This document shows positions 1 to 12,722 of a stretch of 64,000 bases of DNA, in pieces (the first letter of the stretch is position 1; each line of letters opens with the position of its first letter). The DNA comes from Octopus vulgaris (Eukaryota). The position numbers were made by a program, and so were the translations under genes. The notes beneath the pieces were generated by a model. That model did no database searches. It had not been told where the DNA came from and saw only the letters and a program-made list of their open reading frames with translations. The DNA lies in contig OX597836.1 of assembly GCA_951406725.2 (NCBI GenBank), positions 868,001 to 932,000 of the forward strand. The letters are read 5' to 3'.

Positions 1-77
1 CTATTGGATTTGCTTGTCATTATTAACAATTCTGGCGATAAACAACAACAACAGCGATCTAACTTTTAAAAAGGCAA

Positions 78-215
78 ATAGGGAGCCTCCACGTGGTTAG
101 AAATAGATGCCAAATCTCACTCAAATCGCACCCAAATGTTAGATTAAAAGATGCGATGGTCGCGGTTGAAACGTCTTTGAGCCGAGGTCTGCTGGATCTA
201 GGTTCACTTTCAGAT
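78..215 (-). repeat. Degenerate copy of interspersed repeat family H (core gagatttggctgctatttctagcagg)
   Basis: gggagcctccacgtggttagaaatagatgccaaatctcactcaaatcgcaccc matches the reverse complement of the copy at 20100-20298; boundaries approximate. Confidence 0.6.
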
Positions 216-225
216 AGACAACATC

Positions 226-306
226 AATGCAACAACAACAAGCTTACAACCACTAGCAACAACAACAACAAGCTTACAACCACTAGCAACAACAACAACA
301 ACAAGC
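226..306. repeat. Short tandem repeat, about 27-30 bp unit (aacaacaacaagcttacaaccactagc), about 2.5 copies
   Basis: Unit read directly in the sequence. Confidence 0.85.
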
Positions 307-455
307 TATCACTTTCCTATTTCGGCAGACCAGTTAATATCGAGTTGAAACCGGAAGACGAATAATCTGAGGGGTTGGTTGTGGCGGTGGGCGACAATAA
401 ATAAATAAAAGTCTGCTGAAAAGAAATGCTATAAAGAGACAGACAGACTGACAGG

Positions 456-515
<60 letters not shown>

Positions 516-1905
516 GTGGCAGAGAGAGAAAGAAAAAGAGTTCTTTGCATGGTGGAAATATTTGAAAGACATGGCGAGTGGTAAGAAGCGAATCAATTAA
601 TTAAATGGTTGGCTTTAATTAAGTTTAGTGAAATTCTTTCGAAATATAAATCCTATTTCAATCGACCCTCGTTTCAGGCTGGGAGGAAATGACAGCCGCA
701 GAGCGAAACAAGAAACCCAGAATGTATCAGAGCAAGTTTGTGTGTGTGTGTGTGGGGGGGGTGCGCTTTTGTATATCAGATATATGTATGTATGCAAGCG
801 CCCGCATCCCCCCCTATATATAGAGAGAGAGGGGGAGAGAGAGAGCGTGGAATAGAATGCCTTGCGATGCTGGTTCCTGCCCCCAATGATCTAAGTTCAA
901 ATCCGGTCAAAGACAGCTATACCATTCATTCATTCGGGACAGGTATATGAAGTAGCAAAGTATCAACCAAGTCCTGGAGCTGTCTCTTTTATCTTTCTTC
1001 GTCGCCTGTGCTCAGCTGTGGTGGGGAGGGATCCCTTGCTCTCCTTTGAAATGACCAACACACCTCATATATGCAGACAACGTTGAGAACTGGAAGGAAA
1101 GAACGCTGGTTATGTGCTCATTGAAACACACACAATTAACCAGACCCCGGTGAGACTGGTGGTACATTTGATCCGCAAAAGTTGAATTTATTCGTAAAGT
1201 TAAACTTCCTTCAATTTCTAAGCCATTGGAAGGCAGTTCCAAGTCCTTATGGAATGGTCCCAAAACTTCTCGCACGACGACATAGAGACGGAAGAAACTT
1301 CTAATTTTGTTTACGTATGTCCATGCGTGTGTATGTGTGTGTGTGCATGTGTTTATGTGCGTGTGCATACGTATGTGTGTGCGTTATACCCAAGTGTGTA
1401 AGGCGCACACATTTTTAAATGGGTGTAAAATATATGCATGTATGCAAATATTTACATATATGTGTGTTATATATGTGTGTGTGTGTGTTATATACATAAA
1501 AATGCTAGATTTTTATATGACGAATTATATACCCTTACAACTGACATACAGCTGTAAAAACGTTTATGTGCATATACGATACGAATATTTACTTATCAAG
1601 TTCATTTATACATACATACATACATAAGTACATACATGTATGTATGTATATATGTATGTATGCACATATACATCTATCTTTCTATCTACATATATGAACT
1701 TATATGCATGCATGCCATAATTATTTGCACGCATACTAGCACATGCGCACGCGAACACACACACAAAATGTGTTTGGATGCATGTGTTTTGGTAGTCTGC
1801 GGGTTTCTAAATATGAATATATTTATATAAAGATATGGACTTATAGATTCAGCTGTAGGCTTCTATAGGCGTGGGAACGTTTGATAATGTATGACATACA
1901 TACAT

Positions 1906-1974
<69 letters not shown>

Positions 1975-2197
1975 CACACACATTAAACTAGAAAAAACAT
2001 ACATATATGTATTTATATATACATACAATTTTTTGTACATACATATATCTAGAAACATACACACACACACACACACGTGTATATAATCAGATTCACAGGT
2101 GTGCACACACAAACACATACAAACAGACACTCGGACATACATTCGCCTACGTACATATAGATATACAATTTGCCCCATTTCTCTTCTCATAGGCAAT

Positions 2198-2235
<38 letters not shown>

Positions 2236-2877
2236 ATACAGACATTCGAGTCCGGTGTTTGTGCCGATCCAGTTTCGGCGTTGTTGCAAAAGTAGAAATA
2301 GCCAGCCTTTTATCCAAAAGATGACGGTTCAATGGTTTAAGAAACGATGTCGAAACCTTTAGCAAAGTGGACAGAACTCATCAGGAAATACGCAGACCGC
2401 AGTCTTGCTTTTAATACAGGTTGCTTAACAGTCGCATCCCATAATGTGTGTGTGTGAATATGTATTCGTCCCTACATACATACACACACACTTACATATA
2501 TGCATACATACACACACACTTACATATATGCATACACACACACACACTTACATATATGCATACACACACACACACACACACAAATTGCTTGCTTCACTTG
2601 ATTTTTTGACGTGACACTGTATTGGGGAGGACAAGGATGTATTTTTCGAGGGTCCTTCCGAAAATCAATCAATCAATCAATAAAGAACCGATCGTAATGG
2701 CTGTGCTTTGTGGTTCTTCTTAGTATTTCATTTGTCAACATCAGTCACAATGTTCCCTGGCATTAACTGTGACAAAAAAAGGTAACATATGTGTGACGAA
2801 ATTAAAGAAACTGCTGTTTAATAAAGTGTTCAATATAAACCTGTGACCCGCCTCTCTCTGTCTGTCTGTCTGTCTCT

Positions 2878-3045
2878 AAAACAGCCGACGACTGATGAAG
2901 GGTCGGTCTTTATGTTGCTTGTCTTGTTTTCCATTTGTTTCTTTCGTTGTTCACAAAAACAATAAAAAATTTGTATTCCATGTTTTCGTACCTCGCATTT
3001 CATGTTGTTTACGTTCTATGACGGCTTGTACCCATATATGCATGT
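2878..3045 (+). mobile_element. Interspersed repeat family E copy containing CTGATGA
   Basis: Aligns by eye to the reverse complement of 26760-26910 (actgatgaaggg...tttcgttgt...atgttttcgt...tgtacccatatatgcatg). Confidence 0.65.
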
Positions 3046-3083
3046 GTATACATAAGTATGTACATATATGTATGTATACATGC

Positions 3084-3137
<54 letters not shown>

Positions 3138-4010
3138 TGTATATATATGTGTGTGTGTGTGTGTGTGTATATGCACACACACACACACACACACACATAC
3201 ACTCTAGCAATGCATCCCGACGTTGCCACATTGTATTATTTGTTCCATTCTTATGGGCAGAATCGGCCACAGCTGATATAAAGCGAACTGGATTACTGGC
3301 GTAATGGAAGTTATTGTTTGTTTAAAAGCAAAGGGTGGGGAGGGTACAATTTGCATGGGTTTGCATGAAAGTGCTTTCTGTTCTACTGAAAGAGCAGACA
3401 TAAAAAATACCAGACCACCACCAGAGAACCCGACATGTTAGAAACAACAGGTAAACAACATTATTTCTGCAGAAGCTTCCCCACTTTCCAAAAAGCTAAA
3501 AGTGATACATTGGGAGTTTGTAGTGGGGTGATAGGTGGATGTTTGGGAAGGAGATTTTTAGTGTTTCTTTAAGAAAAAAGAGAAAATTCTTAAAGATTTG
3601 TACTCTCTGTTTTTTTTTTTCTCCGTGGATTACCAAGAAAAAAATTTGGTAAAAGGTAAAAATGAAGCAACTGGGGTGGGGAGGGAGAAAATATTGAGAA
3701 CGTGTTTTTTGGGCGAAATCCTAATCTCCTGTATCGAAAACATAGGAATCGGAAGAAATTTAGGAAATAAATGGGGTGGGGGTGCAAATATCACCTCGGA
3801 CATGCTAGAAACAACAGGTAAAGGACAAGATTTCTGGGAAAACTTCATTTAAGCTTACTTCGAAGATCAGGTTATGAAATACGCTCATCACAAGCACGAA
3901 TTACAGAATACAAATATGTCATTTCAATTGGATTTGAGCTGTAATTTTACGTGTGTACACAGCACGAAATAACATAACTCGTACAGAAGATTTACCTAGA
4001 ATGTGATTGT

Positions 4011-4101
<91 letters not shown>

Positions 4102-5377
4102 CGCGCGAAAGGAAGTTATTTTTATGGCATTCTTTCGTTTAAAGCAGCAAAGTTGTCAACTCAATCATATGATCGCTTATATGGGACCATATGATTGCTC
4201 GTTAATTTCCGTAAAATTTTTTTTATTTCTTTTTATTGAAAGAGGAGAATGTGAAAAGGCGACATTTGCTTTAAAGTGAGAGGAGAAAATGAAAGATGTA
4301 TGTACGTGTATATGAAATGGACGTGTGTGCATGAGAGAGAAAGAGAGAGAACGAGAGAGAGAGAGAGGAGAGAGTGAGTGAAAGTGTGTTGTCATATATG
4401 TATTTTTTTGGATGTATGTGTAAGTAGCACTCACTCGCGCTCTCTCGCTCACACACAGATGCACATACATTATCTTTCACGTACAGGTACATAAATACAT
4501 ATGCATACATCTTTTTTGTATGTATGTGTGCATGTGAAAGAGAGAGTGAGTGACACACAAATGTCTTTTATATATAGAGAGATGATAATCAACTTTCTTT
4601 ATCAATAGTATAGATGTGACTAATTCGAAGAAACATTACTTTCATTATTCATACATCGTCACTCTCGTAAGGCAACACTTTGAAATTTTGGTTCAAACTG
4701 AAAGTGTGAAACTATTGTCACTTTCAGATGAAACCTTGTCATTGTACAACACTATCTTTCAAATAACTATGGCTGGTTGTTGAGATAACATGGAAAATAT
4801 GTAAATGAAAATAAAGTTTATTTAATAGCCGAAAGATTACTGAATCTTTTGATACCCTATACGTTAAAATCGGCAACTCAGTTTTCGAATGCATACAGAA
4901 CACACACACATACAGATACACACAGATACACACAGATACACACAAACACACACACACATACACACACACACACAAATTAGTAAAGTCTATAGACATACGA
5001 ATTTATAACGGCTGTATTGTTTTATATATTTATTTATTCTTATTCACATTTTGTTTTGTTATTTTATTTTTATTCGTATTTTATTTTATTGTTTTCTTAT
5101 GAAATCTATTTAACATCCACACACACTCACACCCACCCACACACACACACACATAAACATATCTCCGTTGGTTCAGTCTGTTTCAAAATCTCAACCTAAC
5201 AACGTGTAATCCTTTTATGTCATTTAGCCCGGATGAGGTTTCACTCCTAATATTCTTAATGCAAATTTTATATTATTCTATTTTAATTATAAACTTGTAA
5301 AGATATTGGGTAATTAACCAGTGTAACTGGGATGATTTCAGCCCCATAAGAAGAGTACATATCCTCGCAGTGGAGGA

Positions 5378-5443
<66 letters not shown>

Positions 5444-5486
5444 GAGTGTGTGTGTATGTGTGTTTACACGCGCGCGCACATGCAAC

Positions 5487-5523
<37 letters not shown>

Positions 5524-6411
5524 ATATATAAATTTAAAGTAATCGTTTGCGCTTGGGTCTGAAGTTGAAACAACCAGTCGCCAAAAAACGTTATGATTGA
5601 TCCAATAAATATTTGTCTAAAATTAGTGTTGGATTCTATTTTTCTCAACGATATTCGTATTCAAAACGCATAACTGTCTTTATGTGTGTATGTTTGTGTG
5701 TGTAAACAATATCGATTATATGTAATCATACACTCACACATACACTGACGCTTGCAAGTGTTTAGGTTTTATACTTGACGTAGAATATTAGACACACTTG
5801 TTTACATCTAAAAGTACAAAAAGTTGAGTTTGTTGTCACAACACATGTAAACATACGCATATCAACAAATCCTTTCTATACGCAGCATAATAGACAAGCA
5901 TCTCTGTTTTTTTCTTTTATATATACACTTGCATTATTACACTCATACTCAAACACGAAAACATATTCATTTATTACTCGTACTTTACACGCCCCCATGA
6001 AATCCAATATTTCTGTATTTGTTACTTCAATCACAGAAGACACGGAATAACAAACGGGTGCAATAGTCACACTGGAAAGAACATCGCCGAGAGAAAAGCC
6101 AGCACTAGCCTGCTTTTATAAAGTCACGTTATGTAGTGTGTGTGTGTGTGTGTGTGTGTGCTCTTTCCTTCTTGTCCTCCTCTCTGGACTTTTCCCTCTT
6201 TCCGATGAAGCGCCATACTCGAAAAGTCATTTCGACTATTTTTACATCGAAAACTTTCCCTGAGCACCAATATAATATATTTACAGTTTAATTGACTTCT
6301 CTTGTTCTCCTGGGTTATTTTTATCTGCACATACATACATACATACATATACATATCCATATCATATCATGTATACATACATACATACATATATATATAT
6401 ACATATATATA

Positions 6412-6943
6412 TGTAGGGATCTAGCTTTACCCTGCCTGAAATCAAATTCACCCGTTTGTTGCTTATCAAAACGAGCGGGAAATCCTCTTCAAGCCAGATG
6501 AGTGATGAGGAAGCACTCGACTCCTTAGAACTTGTGCTGGTCAAGGAAAGGTCAGTCCTTTGTTTAGCGTTTGACCTCCATTACTGACCATAGTCTATAT
6601 AACAGAGAGAATTTCCTATCTTTTCCTCTTTTGCATCAGTCAGACCAAGGAGCAACACGTTCTTCTACGTCAGTCATGATCACTAGCAGCCCTTTCCTCG
6701 GCCTTTCTTCCTTTCTAGTCAGCACCGTGCATTCCTTACTCTTTCACTCTCTACTGCAGACAACCTTTTTCTACACTATCAACTACTAACCAGCGAGCGA
6801 ACCCTGAAGTGGCTATCACTAGAATTGCTACTGTCTCTGTAACAAACTGTCGGGCAAACGAATAAACATATGTAATTATTTCTTCCTTCTTGGTGTTGAT
6901 TCTCCGATGTTTACTGGTAATCCGAGAACCTTGAAGCGTTACA
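6412..6943 (+). mobile_element. Candidate solo LTR (about 532 bp)
   Basis: Complex sequence inserted at the end of a (TA)n tract. It starts TGTAG and ends TTACA (TG...CA), with TATA-like ctatataa near 6595 and AATAAA at 6861. Flanks tata/tcta form an imperfect 4-bp TSD. Confidence 0.5.
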
Positions 6944-7129
6944 TCTACACGCTACATTTGGCAGACGGCTACAACATACCAACCCAAAGCATAACATTAA
7001 CCGCTACACACACATGCAGAGAGAGAGGTAATGGTGTCAAGAAGACCCAAAAGTGTCAGGTAATGCTGTTCAAGTGCTATGGACAGACTATAGTAAAGCT
7101 CCAGGTTCGGTGATTATGCGAATGAGGAG

Positions 7130-7256
7130 TCCAACGTTGGTCATCTGCATATCCCACGTCTACTTTCATTCCTCCACTTCACTCTATTTCATATCTTATG
7201 GAATCGAACCCACGACAATATGATCTTGAGCCAATCAACGTAACCATTAAGCCGTG
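7130..7256 (-). mobile_element. Degenerate tRNA-derived SINE head (family C-like)
   Basis: Reverse strand reads cacggcttaatggttacgttgattggctcaagatcatattgtcgtgggttcgattcc, with A box and B box. Confidence 0.55.
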
Positions 7257-7261
7257 TATGA

Positions 7262-7303
<42 letters not shown>

Positions 7304-7837
7304 ACTCACTCCTCTCTTTCTCGCATGCAGCAGCTTTGTCGTCGCCCATCTTCCGCCGATGCTTGTCTTAGGAATCACGGTCAATGGCACATTAATGATA
7401 CGTTAACGAGACACGTCTGTGGAATATCGTCAGCCACTTCCATTCTGAAATGCAATGAGTAGTTGGTTCCGTTTTGGTAAGAATAAGAAAACACTTCGAT
7501 GTGGAGAGAATTGGGGAAATGAGAATTTGATTGATCAAAGAAATCCGTGTGTTTGGATGCAATTTTTTGTTGTTGTTACTTAACATGGCTACCTTTCAGG
7601 ATGAGGTCGATTAATGAGACAACTACAATTAGGAAGCAAAAAAACCCATAAAAAAGACAGGTAAACCGTGCTGTTAATTACTTTTGTTGCTCGTCTTCTT
7701 ACTTTTGTTGTAATTAAATAATGTTGTCAATATTGGTTGAGCAGATCTACAATCAACGACATTCTAGCCATGACCCTCCAGATCTTTACCGTTGTCTAAT
7801 GTATTCTAATTTTTAAAATACGGTTGTGTGAATTATT

Positions 7838-8160
7838 CTTTTATTTATTTTAGTCATTTGACCACGGCCATGCTGGAGCACCGCCTTTAGTCGAACAAAT
7901 CGACCACAGGACTTATTCTTTGTAAGCTTAGTACTTATCCTATCGGGGACGTAAACACACCAACATCGGTTGTCAAGTGACGGTGGGGGAGGGACAAACA
8001 CGGACACACACACAAATATATACATATATATATGACGGGCTTCTTTGGTGGGCCTGAGGCTATAGTAGAAGATAATTGGCCAAGGCGCCACGCAGTGGGA
8101 CCGAACTCGGAACCACGTGGCTGGGAAGCAAGCTTCTTACCACACAGCCACTCCTGCGCC
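7838..8160 (-). mobile_element. tRNA-derived SINE, family A, near full length with internal deletions
   Basis: Head ggcgcaggagtggctgtgtggtaagaagcttgcttccc...ggttccgagttcggtcccactgcgtggc, internal (TG)n, tail gactaaaggcggtgctccagcatggcc; homologous to 36790-37157 and 41951-42342. Confidence 0.85.
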
Positions 8161-9390
8161 TATGTATGATTTTGGCTTCTATTTCGCTTAGGTCGAGCGA
8201 CCGCGTACAGAGCGGAATATCTTGTATTGATTTCTGCGGTAGGAACTCACGTGTGCTGGTATCTCCCACTTTCCTTCCACCTCCCTCGATGCTCTGAGTA
8301 ATCTATTGAAAAAGAGTCAATTCATTTAGAATTGATCAGTTTGCCACCGTTGAGCATGCAGCTATAGTTAACCTTTAGGTTATTCATGTGGGAAAGCTTG
8401 GAGTATTCGCGATTAATGTGGGAAATACATCCTGGCTACGTTGAAAACTGGATAACACCACTGGATTATCATTTTTTCCTTTTGATTCTGTTATTGTTGT
8501 TTTGACAAAATAAGGTAGTTTTTCTTTCAATACAACATTCTGTATCTCAAAACCGCCTGTTTAATATCTTTGGAGGAATTCCTGAAACACTGTAAACATT
8601 TTAATTATTGCTGCCTTAAAAAAGGGGAGGAGAATGAAAACATATTTTCGTCACAAACTATTTTTGATAAGAAGATAGAATGGTGTTGAGTGGATAATCT
8701 TTGATCGTATGTTTGGTTCATCAAAGCCGACACGCAACGAAACAACAGCAAAGCAACTAGATTAGTCAGAACTCATTAACGAGTTAGCTGTCCAATTAAT
8801 TTGACAGAGAGTCTTCAGAATGACTGGAGGCTACGCTAAAAGATATGGATTCGATTCCCTGAGGTAGGATAAAGTTCGCTTCACAAATATGAGATTCCAG
8901 CTTTTATGCTGCTGTATGAACCAGTTGTTGAGTGTCCCACCCAAGAGGAATCCATGTTAGATGTGTCGAAACAATTGTCGGGATTAATAATAAATTCTCA
9001 TATATCCCATCTTCTGTCTTTCATTTGCTACACACACACACACATATATATGTATGTATGTATATGAAATACTGAGCTAGATATCGAGAGAGCCACAATC
9101 CTACTTTAAAAATAAACTGTTTCCATAGCAACGGCGAGAATAGACTTAATTCGTGACATATTAGTAAACACTTTTGAAAATCTAATGTGAAACCGGTAGA
9201 GTGTATTTCTCTATTTTAAAATATAATTCAATTTTAATTAATTCTGATTTATTCTCTGCGCAATGTCACCTTCATTTCTTCCTTTTCCTCCACTTGCTTG
9301 GACAATCTATTATTATTATTATATTTGACCACGTTTTGAGTCCTTTATGTTCCAGTCCAATCTTTTTCTCTCTCTCTTTACGTATGTATG

Positions 9391-9450
<60 letters not shown>

Positions 9451-10443
9451 CACACACACTCACATGGGCGTAGACCGATGGTTTGTGTGTATGTACGCGC
9501 ACGCGCGCGTGTATGTGTGTGTATGTGTGAGTGTGTGTGTGTGTATGTGCGCGCGTGTGTGTGTGTGTATGTGTGTGTGTGCACACTGGCATCCACAGGT
9601 GATACATAAGCAGAGTTTATACGAACAAAGAATTACAAAGCGATTTGACTTTGCCCTAACTATTCCCCTCCACTCTCTCTTCTCTCTTCTCTCATATTTT
9701 CATTCTAAAATTAAAAGACTTTCACGGCTCAGTTGTTTTATGTATGACTGTAAAGTCTGTTAATTGCTCATTACAATTATATTACACTTCCAGCTGTTGT
9801 CCCCCCACCACCACCACGTTACAATGGATTAAAATCATAAATATAAAAGAGAAACGTTGTTTCTCAGGGGAAATAATTTTCGAACGGAGTTGTTTCAATT
9901 GTTTCGTGAAATGGGATATTTGTGATAAACCATTCACTTCCGAGGCACCTTTTCGGGAACAGACGGCACATCTCGTCCAAATAGCTATGTTCCATGTTTG
10001 GTGTTTAATGATTTACGTAAGACCCATCCGGATAAGAGTTTTAAGTTTTATTTTGATTTGAATTCGATGTTGAACTTTTATTGTGTGCTAAAATGTATCC
10101 GATAAAAGATGAGATTTTACCAGCTTCGCATGTTACGTGACATGGACGTAGCAGAAGATGCTGGCAGGTTTCCCTCGCATGATAAATCTAACACTTTTAG
10201 GCGCCAATTGTACGAAAGCAGCAGAGAACGTTTTGATAAATTGATATCTTTCCTGAGTCACGAATTTCTCCAAATCATTGCTCGCCATTTTATACCGAAT
10301 GCAGTTCCACATATTTACGACTTAAATTCAACCCATATCTTATGATTTCTCTGACGAGGTAGATTGATTCTCTGTCGCTTCTCGGACTGGAACATAAAGA
10401 CTCAAAACGTGGTCAAATATAATAATAATAATAATAATAATAA

Positions 10444-10531
10444 TGGTTCCAATTTTTGCCACAGGGACAGCCATCTTGGGGGAGGGGATGAATCAATTAC
10501 ATCGATCCCAGTGTTCAACTGGTACTTATTT
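10444..10531 (-). mobile_element. SINE family B 3' fragment
   Basis: attacatcgatcccagtgttcaactggtacttatttt is shared with 61287-61482 and 42685-42810. Confidence 0.7.
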
Positions 10532-10793
10532 TCATTATTTACATTATTTACATTTGGCGGATATTTCTTCTCATCTTGTTGTTAACACAATGTTTCGGCT
10601 GATATACCCTTCAGCCTTCATCAGGTGTCTTGAGGAAATTTCGAACATGGATTCTCATTCTTAAGGTATTTTTCGATGTTGTTGTTATTATTACTATTAT
10701 CATCATTATTATTATTCAGGTCACTGCCTGGAATTGAACTTGGAATATTGGGATTAGTAGCCAGCGCTCTTAACCACTACGCCCTATGTCCAC
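10532..10793 (-). mobile_element. tRNA-headed short element (family D) carrying a hammerhead motif
   Basis: Minus strand: ggcgtagtggttaagagcgctggctactaa...agttcaattccaggcagtgacc (A/B boxes), (AAT)n, body, atgtaaataatgtaaataatg tail; second copy at 12178-12335. Confidence 0.8.
10584..10630 (-). ncRNA. Minimal type I hammerhead ribozyme motif (Penelope-type), probably decayed
   Basis: AGACAC-CUGAUGA-A-GGCUG(AAGGGUAUAU)CAGCC-GAAA-CAUU-GUGUU: core boxes present, 5-bp stem II, 5-bp stem I (GACAC/GUGUU), stem III vestigial. Confidence 0.7.
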
Positions 10794-11164
10794 GTAAATT
10801 TTGAAGGGACTGCATTAGTCGATAACATCAACAAACTACTAGACTGGCTCTTAACTTCATCGATCCTGAAACAAACTAACCGCAAGGACCCGAGATGTTG
10901 TGGTTTGTACAGAAGCAAAATTGAGAGAAAAAGCTGGGAAGAAATGCTGATGGCTGCGGGTTTACTTCGGCAAAGTGTAAAACCCATTTCAGTGAGAAGT
11001 AAATAGCGATAATGGAATCAGTAGAAAGAAACGGAAGAAAGCGTACAAACACTATGCATTAGTAGAAATTTACCACTGCTACTACTACTACCATTAGTCG
11101 TTGATATGTGTAGAGAAAGTAATTCGTTTGATACGGTGAGTTGATTAAAATAATAGGTGAGTGA

Positions 11165-11300
11165 AGGGCTGCGTCACGCTCCACTGGACTTGTGCCGCAG
11201 GCTGTCACGTGATTCGCAGCTTTTTGCCAAGCAACTCAGCATTTTCGTCACATTTCGTTGGACAAGCGTCACGCATGCCTACATGACACTTGTGGTCATG
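11165..11300. promoter_or_regulatory. CpG-rich cluster of CRE half-sites and an E-box (candidate enhancer)
   Basis: GCGTCACG at 11171 and 11266, GTCACGTGA at 11204, in non-repetitive sequence. Confidence 0.3.
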
Positions 11301-11434
11301 AGTTGACCAGAGTGGTGGTGGTGGCGGCGGCGGGGAAACAATTTATGGAAGGGCTTGCCAGGGATTTGCATTTCGACAGAGTTACTGAATGGCTGGTCAT
11401 TTGTTGTTCATGCTTTTCTGTTTAAGTTGTCGAA

Positions 11435-11530
11435 TGTGTGGATGGGGGTGGGGTGGGGGTGAGGTGTGGTAAGGGAGATGAGAGTGTGGATGGGGGTGGG
11501 GGTGTGAGGTGAAGTAAGGGAGATGAGAGA
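11435..11530. repeat. G-rich duplicated unit of about 48 bp with G-quadruplex potential
   Basis: gtgtggatgggggtgggg...gtgaggtg..gtaagggagatgagag occurs twice. Confidence 0.65.
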
Positions 11531-11672
11531 GGTTGAGGTGACTTGTACAAATGGGAGGAGCCTTTAGTGTAGAAAGTTGAAGAGTTTCTTATCAGGCCTG
11601 GTAGGTGTGTGTCATAAGGTGCGTGTATATCACCCTGTCTACCGACAAACACATGCACACACACACACACAC

Positions 11673-11710
<38 letters not shown>

Positions 11711-12125
11711 CTATTACCGGGGAAGTTAATTTAAACCGTTGTAGTTTTAGTCTTATTTGGTAGAAATGAAAGCAGTTTCAACTGCGTAATAAAATGATTC
11801 TCGTCGGAAGCCAGGTTCGATCTTGGATATCGAGCAGCTGAAGACATGTTTTTTGTCAAAAACAGTTACAAAAGTCTTGTTAGTTTTATTTTTCGATTCA
11901 AAATGATTTGTTCTTTTGTGTTTATTCATTAATCCATTTTGGCAGTAAATGCATTGCTCTGTAAATTTCACCAGTTTTGTTCTATCCGCGTTTGTATTAA
12001 TCGCTCTGCGGACAGAAGTCGGACTGTTTTCTTCGGATGCTTCAAGTGAAACAAGAAGACAAGCAAACCAGGAAGATAGTTTTAATTCTCGCAGGGAGGC
12101 GAAATTTATACTAACTCATACAATA

Positions 12126-12335
12126 CAGTTCTATATTTAAGAGATGAGGAATTTGGGACATTATTTACATCTGACTAGTTCGATTCCAGGCAGTGACCTG
12201 AATAATAATAATAATAATATCGAAAAATACCTTAGGAATGAGAACCCAGGTTCGAAATTTCCCCAAGACACCTGATGAAGGCTGTGTTAACAACGAACAA
12301 GATGAGGATAAATATCCATCGAATGCAAATAATAG
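12126..12335 (+). mobile_element. Family D copy with an inverted terminal fragment at its 5' side and a deletion through the hammerhead
   Basis: gttcgattccaggcagtgacctgaataat...aagacacctgatgaaggctg|tgttaacaac; cattatttacat at 12159-12170 is the reverse complement of the element tail. Confidence 0.75.
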
Positions 12336-12519
12336 AATTCATACAAAATATACTTTGCTTTTCAAAGTCTCCCATATACACACAGATATACATACACGCG
12401 TGGGAACATACTCAAATATTTGTATGTACAAATGTATACGTAGAAAAGAGTAGCGTTCTTACACTCCAGAATCAATCAATCAATCAATCAATCAATCTAT
12501 CGATCTATCTATCGATCTA

Positions 12520-12722
12520 TATCGTTACTTCGCTGCACAAAATGCTTAGCGGCATTTGATCCGTCTTTGCGTTCTGAGTTCAAATTCCGCCGAGGTGGAC
12601 TTTGCCTTTCATCCTTTCAGGGTCGATAAAATAAGTTCAAGTTGAACCCTGGGATTGGTGTAATCGACTTTACCCACTTAACCCCGGAATTGCTGGCCTT
12701 GTGCTAAAGTTTGAAACCGATA
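12520..12722 (+). mobile_element. tRNA-derived SINE family B
   Basis: aaatgcttagcggcattt...gttctgagttcaaattccgccgaggtggactttgcctttcatcctttc...gtcgataaaataag; multiple copies in the window. Confidence 0.85.

Noticed and set aside
1012-1368. 118-aa minus-strand ORF with partly complex sequence
   Set aside because: It starts inside a microsatellite and has no recognisable motif or convincing splice sites.
3432-3846. Direct repeat gacatg(t/c)tagaaacaacaggtaaa at 3432 and 3799 with CAG|GTAAA donors
   Set aside because: It resembles the family H core (ctgctagaaatagcagccaaa), so it is most likely repeat remnants rather than duplicated exons.
10109-10345. ORF ending FIPNAVPHIY, reminiscent of the THAP AVPTIF box
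   Set aside because: It lacks the C2CH zinc ligands and the conserved Trp of THAP domains.
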